Made by a program: the position numbers and the translations under genes. Below, one piece after another: positions 62,101-64,000 of a stretch of DNA of 64,000 bases. Source of the DNA: Antedon mediterranea (taxonomy: Eukaryota; Animalia; Echinodermata); contig NC_092673.1 of assembly GCF_964355755.1 (NCBI RefSeq), forward strand, positions 2,852,001 through 2,916,000. The letters are read 5' to 3'. Position 1 is the first letter of the stretch, and each line of letters begins with the position of its first letter. The notes beneath the pieces were generated by a model. The model worked only from the letters and a program-made list of their open reading frames with translations. It did no database searches and was not told where the DNA came from.

Positions 62101-63214
62101 ATTACTATTGTCTTGACAATGTTCTCCAGACACTATTCTCTCATCACTCTCATCTGGTGATGTCATCTCATGTGATGGCACTCCTTCTGGTGATGTCATC
62201 TCATGTGATGGCACTCCTTCTGATGATGTCATCACATGTAATGACACTCCTTCCGATGATGTCATCACATGTAATGGCACTCCTTCTGGTGAAGTCATCT
62301 CATGTGATGGCACTCCTTCTGATGATGTCATCACATGTGATGGCACTCCTTCTGATGATTGCCTTTTCTCTAACACACCAGCATTGTCACTGTTAGAATC
62401 ATTAGCTAATTCAGACGCAATTGGTATAGAAGTTTGGTGGTCTTTTCTAACAACATCCTCCGCTTTTTCATCGCTTTCTTGTGCCTTTGGTTCACTACCA
62501 ACTGATGCCATGATTTGTGATTCACTTTTGTTAATCGTCATTTTCTTCAGTGGTGGTTCAATCTTCTCATTCTCCGATGTGTCTGTATTTGTTTCAATGT
62601 CTCCAATTTGGTTTGTTGTTGGATCAGTAGTTTCAGATGGTAAGGTATCTTGGTTTCTCTTAGATCGAGGCACATACAGAGCCTGATCAGGTTTCCGTGA
62701 TTTTGGAACATATAATGCTTGATCAGGTCTTTTTGATTTCCTTTATACAATAACAAGATAATACATTTTTATTATTTTTTGCATTACACTATAAAGCTCT
62801 GACTACACTATCAAACTTTATGCGAAAAAAAAAAATGTGATGTGCTCATATATGGACATGATGATATACACTACTATATTTGGGTATATCACAATATTTG
62901 GGCACATCACACTTTTTTTGTCAAACTAGTTTGATAGTGTAGACTGCGCTTTAGATATTTCATAATTCAAGCTTATCAATACACACCAATACAGATCAAA
63001 CACTTGATACTGGCCTACATTACCTTGCTTTATCTGTAACTTTCTTTCTCTGTTTTTCATTTGTAGACTTTTGGTGCGATGCCATTAAATAGTCTTTGTC
63101 ATTTGGTGAGGTTTTACTTTCCACCTCTCTGTCACCGGTGGTGGTATTATATACCTTTTTTTTCCCCCTTCCTCGTCCCCTACCCACTGGTTCCTTGTTG
63201 GATGCACTCTGCAT
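59187..63214 (-). CDS. R3HCC1L: R3HCC1L-like coiled-coil/RRM protein; exons about 63024-63214, 61514-62740, 60952-61025, 60563-60643, 60323-60393, 59691-59929, 59187-59252
   Basis: RPDQALYVP motifs, acidic middle with WDDLFDETGE, HVIEIYDFPAEFKTEDL, FNIQWVDETHALGVFSS, RPETSVSAARRLVTGALG and EDVWEG. Start codon is uncertain. Confidence 0.85.
60011..60160 (+). repeat. Permuted fragments of the 33329-33504 element
   Basis: ATCCAGCCACTGATAC(C/T)CACAGCATTGT occurs twice around CGTTTTGATTTAGCTTT; preceded by (TA)n. Confidence 0.65.
62153..62358 (-). repeat. Coding 33-bp tandem repeat (S[SP]EGV[PS][SL]H[VE]MT x6)
   Basis: Visible in the DNA and in ORF 61504-62673. Confidence 0.92.
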
Positions 63215-64000
63215 ATTTCTGGAAGTCAGTAAAGCATACATTTTAATGTTCAGTAAATTAAATATCAATGCATTACAAACACAATAATTGTAAAAGATAT
63301 AAAATATTATAGATTTTTATTTTATAATAATAGGCTACTCTTTCATTTAAAAAAAAGCATTATACTTTAGCTTACATATAGTTTGGTAACTCAAATATGA
63401 ATGGAACTTAAGTACCTTAAGTAATCTGAGCAGACAACAGTTTGCCTGTTGTCGCCCTCACCAACAGAGAAGCTAGACAGGTTACAAAAATCTTCTTGAA
63501 CTATTTGATGAGTCAAGAACCGATAATGGCTAAATAAAGGTGGGAAAACGAGAACGCTACAAAATACAAATTGATGATGGGGAAATTAGTGGTTAATATT
63601 AATTCATATAATAATTGTGAATAGAAAAGAGAAAATTATACATTTACTTAAAATTACATTTTTTTTTATAATGATAATGTAATGAAAAAAAAATACATAT
63701 TTTAAAAATGTTTATTATTTTAATACAGTACTAGGCTAGCCTAGGGCTAGTCTAGGCCTAGCCTATACTGTTAACTAGCCTACCTAGTAGATAGGTCTAG
63801 ACTAGAGTCTAGGCCATAGGCCTCTTTATTTAATTAAGAAATATATTTGTGTCCAAACAACATAAAAAGGCCGTCAGCGTCCCGTAACCACTTGACGACG
63901 GGCTAGGCTATCAAATTGTACTTGTCAATCAGGCAGCCGGACAGGGAATGACGGCCTCGTCGCTCGACAACTAGGAAAAATATTTAATTAATAGGCTCTA

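Overview
AT-rich, intron-rich genomic DNA from an invertebrate animal (taxon not determinable here); no prokaryotic features. Ten spliced loci were reconstructed by hand from GT-AG junctions and reading frame: a secreted WAP/follistatin-Kazal protein (+), PTCD3 (-), DDRGK1 (+), a divergent eh1-bearing T-box gene (-), a compact DBF4-family gene (-), FAM136A (-), RPIA (+), CFAP99 (-), ACADSB (+) and R3HCC1L (-). An eleventh locus, an SLC7 cationic amino-acid transporter (-), has two frameshifts. Three pairs are head-to-head. Introns carry many non-autonomous elements: about two dozen copies of one PIF/Harbinger-type MITE, other MITEs, TTAA-flanked Kolobok-type elements, a Helentron-like element and tRNA/5S-derived SINEs. 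Two signals stand out. (1) Minimal hammerhead-ribozyme motifs occur at three loci, one inside a 5'-truncated Penelope-like insertion whose inverted terminal repeats carry a U3-A8 variant hammerhead on each strand. (2) Two near-identical 1.57-kb elements in inverted orientation bracket four CFAP99 exons. Gene names rest on recalled motif similarity, not database searches, and boundaries may be a few bases off.
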